From a virus (Duplodnaviria; Caudoviricetes): a stretch of 60,113 nt of DNA. Location of the stretch: IMG/VR virus record IMGVR_UViG_3300042466_000580, positions 1 through 60,113 of that record; one strand, given 5' to 3'. Positions within the stretch are counted from its first letter, which is position 1, and the number at the start of each line of letters is the position of its first letter. A program made the translations under genes and the position numbers. Positions 19,994-29,520 of this stretch are shown in pieces. The notes below the pieces were generated by a model that saw only the letters and a program-made list of their open reading frames with translations, did no database searches and was not told where the DNA came from.

Positions 19994-20463
19994 TCGATCC
20001 CGTTCTCCCTTCCCTTGCGGCGGGCATACTCTTCGTCTGTTTCCTGTCGGAGAAAGCCGTAGCCGCCGTTGTTGTTCTGCTGCTTCTTCCTGAGCAAGGC
20101 ATCATCAAGAACGAGCGGGTCCTTCTTGGGGTAGTACGGCTGCGGCATCATGTACTGGTTGGGCTGCCCTGCCCCGGGGACAGGCTTTTGGGGACGATAT
20201 GGCATCGGCATAACGTCAGGGCCAGCGTTCGGGTCAACCGGCTGATTGATGTACGGCATCTTCCTGATAGTGCCATCGTCATTCTCAAGGTCACGGAGCC
20301 GCTGCTTGTGAAGCTCCTGTCCCAACAGGGCGCGAATGCGATCCTCTGTGGTGGTTGCCTTGGGCTGCTTGAGATATTGCTCGTATGGATTCGGCATGGC
20401 CTTGACCCTCGGAAGATTACCGTGAAACCTTGCGTAAAGGCCGGGGGGAGTGGCGTGACTCAC
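19990..20463 (-). CDS. Hypothetical Pro/Gln-rich protein
   Basis: 157-aa ORF in operon. Confidence 0.6.
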   Translation of the reverse strand: MSHATPPGLYARFHGNLPRVKAMPNPYEQYLKQPKATTTEDRIRALLGQELHKQRLRDLENDDGTIRKMPYINQPVDPNAGPDVMPMPYRPQKPVPGAGQPNQYMMPQPYYPKKDPLVLDDALLRKKQQNNNGGYGFLRQETDEEYARRKGRENGIE

Positions 20464-20496
20464 TCACCCCCGGCCCCCACACAACACACACTCAGA

Positions 20497-20919
20497 TCAG
20501 TTACCGAAGAAAGCCTTGGCAGTCACGCCTTCCGCAGCCGCAGCACCGGCAGCTTCCTGAGCCTTGGCCGCAGCCTTGGCAGCCTTGCGACCAGCCGAGG
20601 CTTCCTCACGCATAGCCTTGGCAACCTTCTTCGATGCCTTGTGGGCACCACGGCGGCTCATCGGGGCCTTGCCAGCCGGGGAGCCTTCGCCCACCGACAC
20701 CTCTTCGGTCACGGTCACATCACCGGCACCATCGACCTCGACAGTTTCCTTGACCTTGACACCGGGGGTCACGGTCACATCCTGCTCGACTTCGACAGCC
20801 ACCGGGGCAGCGACGGTCTTCTTGGTCTTCTTGCCGTGGCAGCCCGTACCGGCGTTGACAACACCGGAGGTAAGACAGCCGAGGAGGAAGGCAAGGGTGA
20901 ACACAACAAACTTATTCAT
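20497..20919 (-). CDS. Exported low-complexity protein with Lys/Ala-rich tail
   Basis: Signal-peptide-like N-terminus; V/E/T-rich middle; KAAK repeats. Confidence 0.7.
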   Translation of the reverse strand: MNKFVVFTLAFLLGCLTSGVVNAGTGCHGKKTKKTVAAPVAVEVEQDVTVTPGVKVKETVEVDGAGDVTVTEEVSVGEGSPAGKAPMSRRGAHKASKKVAKAMREEASAGRKAAKAAAKAQEAAGAAAAEGVTAKAFFGN

Positions 20920-20947
20920 GGGAGCAATTCCTAGGGAGGGGAGGGGA

Positions 20948-21400
20948 CTAACGGAAGACCTGGGTGTAAGACGCGCCTACCTGACCGACACCAATCGTAG
21001 TATAGCGGCTACTTAGTATGTTTCTGCGGTGACCGGGAGAGTGCATCCAAGCTCTTACTGTTGCTTCTGGGCTGGGGTAACCCTTTGCGACGTTCTCCCC
21101 ATAGGGGCCTTTACTGTGGTGCATCCTGCCTGCATTCATTACTGCCGACCAGTTACGAGCGAACCGCATCATCTCGGGCACGGGTTTCAACGAGGCAAGA
21201 CCGTGTTTGTTTCTCTCAATGTTGGTGAGCCGGATTACATCCATCTCGCACTGATTACCGATTGGCGGCGGCTTCTTAACTACCTTCTTGGGAGGCGGGC
21301 AAGCTACGGGCTCTGGGACCAGTAAGGGGACAACTTGGTTGAGGCATAGCAACGCAAAGGCTGCCATAGCCAATCCGAATGCCGCTCTCAGCGGAGTCAT
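20948..21400 (-). CDS. CAP (SCP) domain protein, membrane-anchored
   Basis: 'LTNIERNKHGL...ARNWS..M...HH...GENVAKG...WMHSPGHRRNIL...IGVG...YTQVF'. Confidence 0.9.
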   Translation of the reverse strand: MTPLRAAFGLAMAAFALLCLNQVVPLLVPEPVACPPPKKVVKKPPPIGNQCEMDVIRLTNIERNKHGLASLKPVPEMMRFARNWSAVMNAGRMHHSKGPYGENVAKGYPSPEATVRAWMHSPGHRRNILSSRYTTIGVGQVGASYTQVFR

Positions 21401-21693
21401 TTTGGATTACTTTCCAGCTTGAACTTCTCCATCTTCTCTGGCGGCTTGGCATCGTAGATCACCGCATACACAAGGTCACGGGTTACATTGGCCGCAACAT
21501 CACACCCCTGTCGCTCCAGGCTGTTCTTGAGTTCCAGTAGTTGAATCACCGTTCCGATCTCACGGGACTGTTCTCGGTTTCTTTTCCACAGGAGAGAGGA
21601 CAGCCACAAGCTGATTGTCTTGGTGACAAACGGGCTCGTCAGGAGCAATACGCCAACGATCAAGATCAGGTTCTGTGGTGTGGCCCAGTCCAT
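21397..21693 (-). CDS. Small membrane protein (holin candidate)
   Basis: 98 aa; N-terminal hydrophobic helix and charged tail. Confidence 0.55.
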   Translation of the reverse strand: MDWATPQNLILIVGVLLLTSPFVTKTISLWLSSLLWKRNREQSREIGTVIQLLELKNSLERQGCDVAANVTRDLVYAVIYDAKPPEKMEKFKLESNPK

Positions 21694-21694
21694 C

Positions 21695-22480
21695 TTATTC
21701 CTTTGTTAGGGAGGCGAATCTGTCCGACTGCCATTCGATGAAGTTGGAGAGGTTCTGGATGTCCGCGTAATCGGGGTCACGCTTCTTGACCACGGACAAC
21801 ATCACCCGGCAGTACCTCTCCATCTCCCTGGCAAAGTCTTCAGTCTCGCTACGTTTCTCCCATCCAAGTTGGCGGCGGGCAATAGTTCCCGTGATGTAGG
21901 CATTCCACTCGTCCAGCAAATAGATCGGACTCTTGTTCCAGTCCCTCCGTTGCTCGACCATGTAGAGCTTGTAGATCGGCCCCCGCTGGTTCTTGGGGAC
22001 CGTGTTGGCTACCTGTTCGATGGTTATCTCTGGGTGCCTGAGGACGATCCCCTTGCCGCCCCCTACATAAATGCCGTGTTTGACCGTACTGGCGTGGAGT
22101 CTGTTGGATACCCCGTGGTTCATTTCGTGCGCCCAGGTCACCAGATCACCGGGCTCTGTGGGGTCAGCCCAGTAATGTGGGTTCTCCAGGCGGCAGTAGA
22201 GGTCAGTAAGAACGTCGCACTTCTGCGGTGTTGGTTTCCTGAGGGGCGGGCAGATTCCAGTGACAAAGGGAAGGTCCGGCTTGACCAGCACCGACACAGT
22301 TTTGGGTTTGGGCGGGGGTGGGTCAGGAAGCCGGACTTGAGTTGGTTCTGTCCTCAGTTGGTAGGGCTGAAAAGATTTCGGCTGGCGGGGAGTTTTAGGC
22401 TCATCCCGCCAGCCGAAGATCGCAAGCACTAGGCCAACCAGAATGGCAATCCGCCCAGCGGTGATTGCTAGGGATTCCAT
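21695..22480 (-). CDS. Membrane-anchored putative zinc metallopeptidase
   Basis: N-terminal TM; Pro-rich linker; HEMNH (HExxH) with downstream 'LDEWNAY' glutamate. Confidence 0.6.
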   Translation of the reverse strand: MESLAITAGRIAILVGLVLAIFGWRDEPKTPRQPKSFQPYQLRTEPTQVRLPDPPPPKPKTVSVLVKPDLPFVTGICPPLRKPTPQKCDVLTDLYCRLENPHYWADPTEPGDLVTWAHEMNHGVSNRLHASTVKHGIYVGGGKGIVLRHPEITIEQVANTVPKNQRGPIYKLYMVEQRRDWNKSPIYLLDEWNAYITGTIARRQLGWEKRSETEDFAREMERYCRVMLSVVKKRDPDYADIQNLSNFIEWQSDRFASLTKE

Positions 22481-22491
22481 TCTTGGGTTGG

Positions 22492-23253
22492 TCAGACAGT
22501 GGGCTCAGGCGTGACAGCCGGATCGACAACCGGGTCCACCACCGGGTCCACCACCGGAGCAACTTCCGGGGCAACAACCGGCTCGACCACCGGGGCCGGG
22601 GCAGTCTCGACCACTGGCTCAACCGCCGTGGAAGGGGCAGCCGCCGGATCGGTTGCAACAGCCGGATCAGCGGCAGCGTCCTCAGTCGCAGGAGCTTCCT
22701 CGTCGGCACCCTTCGTCACCGGCACCACCGAAGCACCAGCTTGCACGTTGACGAGCGTCCGAACCTTGCCCTTCACAACGGGCGAGATCGCAACGCCAAT
22801 CGAAGTACCAGCCGCACCAGCAGCCGCAGTACCACCAGCACCGATGCCCACCAGCGCACCGGGGGCAAAGGTAGCCGAGGTCATGATGGCAGTCGGGCCA
22901 ACGGTCACCAGCCAGAAGATGTCACCAACGGCAACACCTGCGGGCGGGAGATACTCGTCAACCACACCAATCGGAGCGTCGGCAACCGAAGTCGCTGGGC
23001 CGTCCACCTCGTCAAGGATGGCACTCTTCTTGAACTTGACAACCGTGCCCGCGAGGAGCGGACCAGCCGAGGTGTTGCGAACCGCGATGCAGGTCACCAG
23101 ACGGTTACTAAGGAACGAACCGGCATTGCTCGTCCGGGGGTCGGTGTCGGTGAACACCTTGGACGATCCAACAACGGCACCACCCTGCAAGGGGTTAGTA
23201 ACACCGAGAGTCTGACCCCGGCCAAACCAAGGATCGGCACTGATAATGGACAT
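22492..23253 (-). CDS. Capsid decoration/cement protein with acidic Pro-Val tail
   Basis: Directly after the MCP gene; 'GVVDEYLP..GV..GDIFWLVT.GP'; PVVD/PVVE repeats. Confidence 0.65.
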   Translation of the reverse strand: MSIISADPWFGRGQTLGVTNPLQGGAVVGSSKVFTDTDPRTSNAGSFLSNRLVTCIAVRNTSAGPLLAGTVVKFKKSAILDEVDGPATSVADAPIGVVDEYLPPAGVAVGDIFWLVTVGPTAIMTSATFAPGALVGIGAGGTAAAGAAGTSIGVAISPVVKGKVRTLVNVQAGASVVPVTKGADEEAPATEDAAADPAVATDPAAAPSTAVEPVVETAPAPVVEPVVAPEVAPVVDPVVDPVVDPAVTPEPTV

Positions 23254-23282
23254 TGCTTTCTACTTTCAGGTGAGGGTTGGGA

Positions 23283-24416
23283 TCAGGCAATCGCTTGCAG
23301 CTTAAAGAAGTTACGCGGGGATTTCAGCTTCATGTTCCCGAGAACACTCACGACGTACCTGTACGCCTGTGTATCCTCATTATAGAACGGGCCCTCGCTT
23401 GTCAGGAGGTTCCCTTCCATGCAGTACAGTTCCATGTTGGCGACTGACAATCCGTAACCACAGCCTGCCGGGACGGCATACTCAGTCGTAACGTCGCAGC
23501 CGTCCTGCATGAAGGAGTCATTGAAGCCGTACTGCTTCAGACCCGTGTTACTGGAGATGAGAGCCCGCTCCTTGCTGTCGAGCTTGTTCATGTAGCTGAT
23601 GTACAGCTTACGATCAAGCACAACCATGTCGATCTGGCTCTCCTTAGTATCATTGCGTTTTGCCTGTTGAATGCCCTCGCGGACAGCCTGAACGCACTGA
23701 TCATCCCAGGTGAACGAATCCGTGCCATCAGCCTTCTTACCCTTGAAGTAACGGCTGGTGTAGTTGACCACAATCGGCGACCAGTGATCATACTCAGGAT
23801 CAGCCACACCGTTGGGCCACGAACCCTCAAGCTGCGAACCAGCCACAGCACCAAGGCCAGTGCTGAGTCCAGCGTAGTTGTCGGATGGCCAGCCAAACGG
23901 ATCGTCAGGGTTCGCAGTCCGCTTGCTACCATCGGTGATGTTGACCGTGCCGTCGATGGCGAACATGGACTCAAGGCCGTGGAACCGAAGTTCGTTACCA
24001 GCCTTGTTGCCGTCGATGTAGATTTCCTTGGACAGATGCTCGCTCATCGACTCCTCAAGCCGCGTGGCCATGCCACCAGCGACGTTGATAAGTGCGGCCT
24101 GACCACGGTTCTCAAGCATTTCACGCTTGTAAATCGAATCTGTGACCTGATACCCACGGTACGGGAGGGTCGCGGTCGAGAAGAGATTCTGCCTTGCGAA
24201 AACGCGAGGAGTTTCTCCATTGTTGCCTGAAACAGGCTGATTTCTCATGCGGACTTGCCAGTTGAGATTGAGGCCAGCACTGTTCATAACAACATTGCCT
24301 GAGCCTTCCAGCATGGCGAAGACTTTAAAGCGACGGAACGTGGTCTGCTCAGTCTCCCGAAGGTAGTTCTGGATCGTAGTCTGAATAACCCGGGCCCAGT
24401 CAGTGCTATTAGCCAT
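23283..24416 (-). CDS. Major capsid protein
   Basis: 377 aa; follows the scaffold-like gene; 'LEESMSEHLSKEIYIDG...FHGLES' and C-terminal 'GNMKLKSPR' capsid-type pattern. Confidence 0.85.
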   Translation of the reverse strand: MANSTDWARVIQTTIQNYLRETEQTTFRRFKVFAMLEGSGNVVMNSAGLNLNWQVRMRNQPVSGNNGETPRVFARQNLFSTATLPYRGYQVTDSIYKREMLENRGQAALINVAGGMATRLEESMSEHLSKEIYIDGNKAGNELRFHGLESMFAIDGTVNITDGSKRTANPDDPFGWPSDNYAGLSTGLGAVAGSQLEGSWPNGVADPEYDHWSPIVVNYTSRYFKGKKADGTDSFTWDDQCVQAVREGIQQAKRNDTKESQIDMVVLDRKLYISYMNKLDSKERALISSNTGLKQYGFNDSFMQDGCDVTTEYAVPAGCGYGLSVANMELYCMEGNLLTSEGPFYNEDTQAYRYVVSVLGNMKLKSPRNFFKLQAIA

Positions 24417-24430
24417 TTGGCTCTCCTAGT

Positions 24431-25501
24431 TCAGATGTAACCGGCGGCATTAAGGTTTTCCGCCAACATTTGCTCAAAAGTAAGTTTCTGCTTCGGCTGT
24501 CGCGGATCGTTGTTGGCGGCACCGGCTGACCGACTTGGATTTCGGCTGGCTTCCCGGCGTAAGTAACTCATGTTCTGCTGGGCAAGGTCTTGAGGTGCTG
24601 GTGCTTGGGCCACGGGGGCTTGCTGCACTGGCGGTGCCGCCTGGGGTGGTTGGGGCTGGTACTGCGGCTGGGGTGGGGCAGAGTCAAGTGAGTACCGTTG
24701 CCGGAACAACTCAAGCTCTACCTTCTCAACCGCGTAGTCAGCCCGATCCTTACCGGGCGGAATACCTCTCGCTCTTGCTTCGTCTATATACTTATGGAGT
24801 AGTAATCCAGCCGGTGAAACGCTACCTGTGTTCTGGTCATACAACCAGTCAGCGTTTTCTTTCTCAAAAGTATCGACATAAGCCTCGCGGTCGCGGGTGG
24901 CAAGCTGCTCTTGGATAATCTCCTGAGCCTGCTTTTGAGCCATTTCCGCAACCATCGGACCAATGGCATCCTCTGGGTTACTCAGAAACTTCTGGGCAAA
25001 GTCGGCCCGGTAGTTCTGCCACTCAGAGAGAGCCAGCCTCGCGTCATACGGGGCATCAGGATGGATTACATCCCGGCCACTCTCGTCCTTGGTGAGGTAA
25101 CGCTTGTAGCTTTCCTTCAGTTCTGGCGGGTTCCACCACTTCTTGGCCTGGGGGGCAGCCTGTTGCGGAGCTTGCTGTTGGGGCTGTTGCTGCGCCTGTT
25201 GCTGGGATTCAAGCCACTTCTGGTACTGGGGCCGATTGGAGATGTACTCCTGGGTAATCGGCATGATCGACTGGTACTGTTGCAACTGGCGGGTAGCAGC
25301 TTGCTCCCGCTGCATAGCCTGATAGAGGCTCGTTGCTATTGCCCGGTCATCTTGGCCCTGAAACTGGGGCAGTTGCTTGAAGCTGTCCCAAGGCGAGTGT
25401 GCGACTTCAGCCTGGGGAGCGGAGTGCGATTCCGGCTGCGAGTCCGCAACAGGAGCATCATTCTCAACGGGAACGGAATTCTGCTCAATGTCTTCTGACA
25501 T
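24431..25501 (-). CDS. Capsid scaffolding protein (putative)
   Basis: Acidic, Q/P-rich and helical; upstream of MCP; GGAGG RBS before ATG 25501. Confidence 0.7.
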   Translation of the reverse strand: MSEDIEQNSVPVENDAPVADSQPESHSAPQAEVAHSPWDSFKQLPQFQGQDDRAIATSLYQAMQREQAATRQLQQYQSIMPITQEYISNRPQYQKWLESQQQAQQQPQQQAPQQAAPQAKKWWNPPELKESYKRYLTKDESGRDVIHPDAPYDARLALSEWQNYRADFAQKFLSNPEDAIGPMVAEMAQKQAQEIIQEQLATRDREAYVDTFEKENADWLYDQNTGSVSPAGLLLHKYIDEARARGIPPGKDRADYAVEKVELELFRQRYSLDSAPPQPQYQPQPPQAAPPVQQAPVAQAPAPQDLAQQNMSYLRREASRNPSRSAGAANNDPRQPKQKLTFEQMLAENLNAAGYI

Positions 25502-25533
25502 GGTGGCCTCCATTTAAGAAGTAAGACCACCGA

Positions 25534-25570
25534 ATTGTGTCAAGGGTCTGGCGGCGGGCAATAGTTACGC
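25534..25570 (-). promoter_or_regulatory. Candidate promoter TTGCCC-N16-CACAAT for the capsid operon
   Basis: Shares the 18-mer with 17465-17482; intergenic. Confidence 0.55.
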
Positions 25571-25577
25571 GGAGTAA

Positions 25578-26924
25578 TTACTTAGAGAGTAATCCGCCAA
25601 GCCAGTTGCCAGCCTTGGTTACATTGGTCTGGGGACGTACTATCTGGCCGTTGATGTTCTCTAGCTGCTTGATTGATTGCTGGCGACCGGCCTCTTCTGT
25701 GTGCTGGTCGGCCTGCCACTGAGAGTTACTGCGAGGGTCGTTCGTCATCAACTCAGCCCCTAGCTCGACTAAGTTAGTTGCATCCCCCGCCTCGTCTGTG
25801 AGGTGAGCGGTAGCGCGACCTCTCCACGTTGGCCTAGCAGTAAGATTCTTGGTGATCTCGTTTGCAGTGCTGCGAGCAAAGCGAGACACCCCAGGAACTC
25901 CCGCCTTTGCAACACCAGTGGCCACGCCACGAACCGCAGTGGGAACAGCCTTCATGGAGCCCACCGCGCCCGTCCCGTCGAGCATCCCGTTGCCAAAGCT
26001 AAGGGCTGCGTTGACTACGGGCTGGGCGTAACCCAACTGGCCGTTCATATGCTCTGGGAGAATGTGGTTGCCTATCGACCGGAACGTGTCTCCTGCGGTC
26101 ATTCCCTCAGAAGCGGCATGTGCATCTCGGCCTTGCTGGATCAAAGCGTCGTTTGCCCGCCAGCCATTGTCCGCTGCCAAGGCCGGATTCGTGCGGTGGA
26201 AGTCAGAACCCTGAGAGCGGACGGCGGCATCACCAATCGCCGTCATTGGATCGGTCTGTACCCCGTTTGCTTTCCTAAGAAGGGCAGTCCCGATGAGACT
26301 CGCCCCATCCGAAACAGCCCCACCCATCTTGGTAGTGAAGCTGCCGACAAAGTTCTCGGGATTCAATATCTCCCCAATCCCACCCTCGGGGATGCCAGGG
26401 AACATCGTGCCGGGGCCGGAACCAGGGAGGTAGGCGTATTTCCTATCAAGCTGTTGAGCGTAGAGCTTGGCGGCACCATCCCTCTGGCTTGAACCTGTGT
26501 CCGCGCTCCCTGCCCAGGCGGATGGCCCCGGCATCCCGAACCAACCCTGGTCGGTTGACTTGGGCTCCTGGGGATCGAATGCCTCATAAAGCCGCTTCCG
26601 GCTATCAAGCTGGTCGAGATACTGACCACCGGGGGAGAGTTCGTAGGAGCCGGGAGTCCTTCCCTTGAGTTGGTCCGGTGTCCACCCCTTGCCTGTGTAC
26701 CCACTGAGCATCTGGTCTTGAAGGGCCCGCTCTTCGTCATTCTGCGGCTGGTAGCTGGGGTGGCCAATCGCCATGTTGCGGCGGAATCTCTCCATTGCAG
26801 GCGTGGATTTGCCAGCCATGTGGGCAGCCGCCATAGCCTTTGCATTGAACCTAAGCTGCTGCTCCTGGGGAAGGCGGGCAATATCCGCCTCGTAAGCGTG
26901 AATGAGTGCTTCTTCAGGTGTCAT
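25578..26924 (-). CDS. Hypothetical virion/ejection-like protein
   Basis: 448 aa, Gly/Ala-rich. Confidence 0.65.
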   Translation of the reverse strand: MTPEEALIHAYEADIARLPQEQQLRFNAKAMAAAHMAGKSTPAMERFRRNMAIGHPSYQPQNDEERALQDQMLSGYTGKGWTPDQLKGRTPGSYELSPGGQYLDQLDSRKRLYEAFDPQEPKSTDQGWFGMPGPSAWAGSADTGSSQRDGAAKLYAQQLDRKYAYLPGSGPGTMFPGIPEGGIGEILNPENFVGSFTTKMGGAVSDGASLIGTALLRKANGVQTDPMTAIGDAAVRSQGSDFHRTNPALAADNGWRANDALIQQGRDAHAASEGMTAGDTFRSIGNHILPEHMNGQLGYAQPVVNAALSFGNGMLDGTGAVGSMKAVPTAVRGVATGVAKAGVPGVSRFARSTANEITKNLTARPTWRGRATAHLTDEAGDATNLVELGAELMTNDPRSNSQWQADQHTEEAGRQQSIKQLENINGQIVRPQTNVTKAGNWLGGLLSK

Positions 26925-28180
26925 GCGAGTAATGCCGTCCGTAGGCTGGGATTGGTGGAGCTAGTCTTGAAGTTCATGTTTGTCTCAAAGTCATTCGCCC
27001 CGTCCGGCCCGTGGGCCTTCATGATTTGCTGCAAAGTCTCAATCTGCTTCTCAAGACCATGAGCGGGGGAGCCGTAATTGGGGTGGCCTTCAAGATTGAT
27101 GATCGGATCACGCCCAGTCATCTTGTAGTTGCGGATGTAATCCAGCACGTTGTCGAGCGTGGCCTGGGTGGCACCAACATCCCGCATCCCCGGCTGAACG
27201 GTTTCGATGAGCCGCTTCGTGTGGAACAGGAGATTCCCCATCTCCAGCCCATTGCTAGATAAATACTGAGCCTCGGGAGTGGTCAGAAGAGAACGGTTGA
27301 TGTCACCAATCGCGGGCCGCTCTAAGGGGTTTCCCCGCAATCTCGGGCCACTCTGCCGCAGGATGTAATCAAAGCTGGGCACAGAGTGATGGAGGACACC
27401 GTGCCCACCTCCTTCATGCTGTCCTACGTTGATTCCCCTGGTGACAGGCTGAAACTTCCCAGCCGCCATCTGATCGCCGCTGCGATTCAGGAAGATGGAC
27501 TGGGTTGCCATGTCCGCAAACCCTTGGGAAGTAGACTCGTCAAACCCATCCTTCTGGCCCCGATAAACCATCCACGGGCGATTCATTTGCTCTTGGATGT
27601 CATCTAGGTGGTATATCTCCGCATTCCCCATGCCGTGAGGGAGGTTGCGGTCAACAAGCCTGCCTACGATGCGGTCTGAATGGGGTCGATTGCCGGTGAG
27701 TCCATCCAGCATCCTCCAAGGAGTTGTCCGCGTAACGGCAACATCCTCAGAGAAACCCATAGCTCCATCAGCAAAGTCTGGCTTCTTGGAGGTATGGATC
27801 GTTCCCGGGTAGGTGTAAGTCGGGGAATCACCAGTGAGGGTGTCCCGAAACATATTCGTTCTCTTGCCTTCAGCCTTAATGGCCTCAAAGAGAGCGTTGT
27901 TGGTTACGGTCGAGGCATCTGGATCGCCCGTGGCGGCAATGGCTTCACGGGCAACCGACATGGGAGCCAAGTCCCCACCAGTCGTGTAGTTCCGGTCATC
28001 CAGCCGCTCCTCGACAACCTTCTCCGCTGCCGACATGGGGCGGGGGTTCTCAATAGCATAATCGTCAATCAGCTTGGCGTTCTGGTAGTTCTTCAGCCGC
28101 AGATCGTTCGCCTCTGGTATGGAGAGGACACGGGCGGGGGCCTGCAAGACTTTCCGAATGTTGTCTACGTTGCGGCCCAT
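26921..28180 (-). CDS. Hypothetical protein
   Basis: 419-aa ORF; GGAGG RBS; coupled to the next gene. Confidence 0.7.
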   Translation of the reverse strand: MGRNVDNIRKVLQAPARVLSIPEANDLRLKNYQNAKLIDDYAIENPRPMSAAEKVVEERLDDRNYTTGGDLAPMSVAREAIAATGDPDASTVTNNALFEAIKAEGKRTNMFRDTLTGDSPTYTYPGTIHTSKKPDFADGAMGFSEDVAVTRTTPWRMLDGLTGNRPHSDRIVGRLVDRNLPHGMGNAEIYHLDDIQEQMNRPWMVYRGQKDGFDESTSQGFADMATQSIFLNRSGDQMAAGKFQPVTRGINVGQHEGGGHGVLHHSVPSFDYILRQSGPRLRGNPLERPAIGDINRSLLTTPEAQYLSSNGLEMGNLLFHTKRLIETVQPGMRDVGATQATLDNVLDYIRNYKMTGRDPIINLEGHPNYGSPAHGLEKQIETLQQIMKAHGPDGANDFETNMNFKTSSTNPSLRTALLA

Positions 28181-28201
28181 CAGCCACCTCCACCGATCAG
28201 G

Positions 28202-28333
28202 TCACTCACGGGGCTCTTTCCACCGGGCGACAAGCTCGGCAATCCCGCCTACGAGCGCAACGCCACCCACAACAAAAGCGAGGTAGCACACCATCGCGTA
28301 AGTCAGGTCAACAACGAAGCGGGCGGGTTCCAT
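28202..28333 (-). CDS. Small hydrophobic protein (43 aa)
   Basis: Manual translation MEPARFVVDLTYAMVCYLAFVVGGVALVGGIAELVARWKEPRE; directly after the promoter motif. Confidence 0.5.
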   Translation of the reverse strand: MEPARFVVDLTYAMVCYLAFVVGGVALVGGIAELVARWKEPRE

Positions 28334-28337
28334 GCCC

Positions 28338-28351
28338 TACTTATGTCCCGG
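28338..28351 (-). promoter_or_regulatory. Candidate late-promoter motif, copy 2 (CCGGGACATAAGTA)
   Basis: Repeat of the 13534 and 59304 motif. Confidence 0.5.
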
Positions 28352-28547
28352 CTTGATTACCCTTGGCCCGCTTCTTACGCGCCCGGTAGTCCTTCATGTA
28401 GGCAGCCTTGGCAGCTAGGTGTTCCTTGTGAGCCACAGGGTCCATCCGCAGCACCCGCATCCGCTCATGGTAAGTCTCCCGATCAGACTCCCGGTGACGA
28501 TCCTTCGTGATCTGATCAAAAACCGGACTGTTCTTCGGCCTGCCCAT
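28341..28547 (-). CDS. Small basic protein
   Basis: MGRPKNS...; GGAG RBS; resembles the divergent neighbour. Confidence 0.65.
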   Translation of the reverse strand: MGRPKNSPVFDQITKDRHRESDRETYHERMRVLRMDPVAHKEHLAAKAAYMKDYRARKKRAKGNQAGT

Positions 28548-28696
28548 GAACGTGTCTCCTAATGGGTGTAATCGAACCGCCCTGATTACAAACACCTTCA
28601 GAGAGGCGGGCAATCCTTTGGACAAGCAATGGACAAGTGACTTGTCTACTGTCCACTGACCATTGCCCGCTGGTGTACTCACTGGATACTCAGGGC

Positions 28697-29113
28697 ATGA
28701 GCAAGTCCAACACTCAGAAGGTGCGTGAGTACAGAGAGCGGCTCAAGGCAGACCCAGAGAGGTGGGCTGCATATCGGGCAAAGCAGTCTGGCTACCAACG
28801 CACCTGCCGACAGAAAGGCAGCGTGAGTACACCAGTGAGTACACCAAGGAAGCCAACCCAGGAGGAACGTGCGGCATTGCTGGCTGCGTTCGATGAGCCT
28901 GCCCCGTCAGTAGCGCACCTCGGCGGCAAACACGCAGCCCCAGCCACCGTCTACCACGGCATCCCACCTGACGCACTCATCAAGCAATACCAAGAACACC
29001 ACGCCAAGCAGCTTCCCGTGCCCCTAGCCGATCACCCCTTCATCAAAGCCCTCCAAGAGAGACTGCCATGCACCCTAGTCAAGGAACTGCCCCCCAAGGA
29101 GAAACCGAAGTGA
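28697..29113 (+). CDS. Basic hypothetical protein
   Basis: MSKSNTQKVREYRERLKADPERW...; follows TTGCCC-N16-GATACT. Confidence 0.65.
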   Translation: MSKSNTQKVREYRERLKADPERWAAYRAKQSGYQRTCRQKGSVSTPVSTPRKPTQEERAALLAAFDEPAPSVAHLGGKHAAPATVYHGIPPDALIKQYQEHHAKQLPVPLADHPFIKALQERLPCTLVKELPPKEKPK

Positions 29114-29379
29114 GCAACCCAGAGCATGAGATCACCAAGCTGCGGTGGGCCCTGAAGACAAAACAGAACATCATCGACCGGCTCAAAGAAGGTATCCGCC
29201 GCCTAGCCGACCAAGATGCCACCCTGTCCATAGAGGGCGGGAGTGTGACCGTGACGATGGATGCCACCCTCACCGCAGAGGAACGGGAAGCGATTAAAGA
29301 AGGTGCAGATGCCCTATATGGGATCGGGCACGACGATGAAGCTGCCACCCTCAGGAAGCTACTGGAGAGACTGTCATGA
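29110..29379 (+). CDS. Hypothetical phage protein
   Basis: GTG overlaps the upstream stop; 'LTAEEREAI...AATLRKLLERL'. Confidence 0.7.
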   Translation: MSNPEHEITKLRWALKTKQNIIDRLKEGIRRLADQDATLSIEGGSVTVTMDATLTAEEREAIKEGADALYGIGHDDEAATLRKLLERLS

Positions 29380-29504
29380 CCTCCGCAATCCTGCAAACCT
29401 GTTCCGTAGTGCTGGTAGTGAGCATCACCGCGATGGTGGCCACAGGTAGCTTCTGCATGGTGTGCATGATGATCCGGGTTCTTGTGGGGAAAGACACAGA
29501 CTGA
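29376..29504 (+). CDS. Small hydrophobic protein (42 aa)
   Basis: ATGA overlap; manual translation MTSAILQTCSVVLVVSITAMVATGSFCMVCMMIRVLVGKDTD. Confidence 0.45.
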   Translation: MTSAILQTCSVVLVVSITAMVATGSFCMVCMMIRVLVGKDTD

Positions 29505-29520
29505 CTGGTTTCTGGCAGGG

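Noticed and set aside
22499-22700. Tandem DNA repeats (e.g. CCGGGTCCACCA)
   Set aside because: Explained by the PVVD/PVVE peptide repeats of the decoration-protein tail
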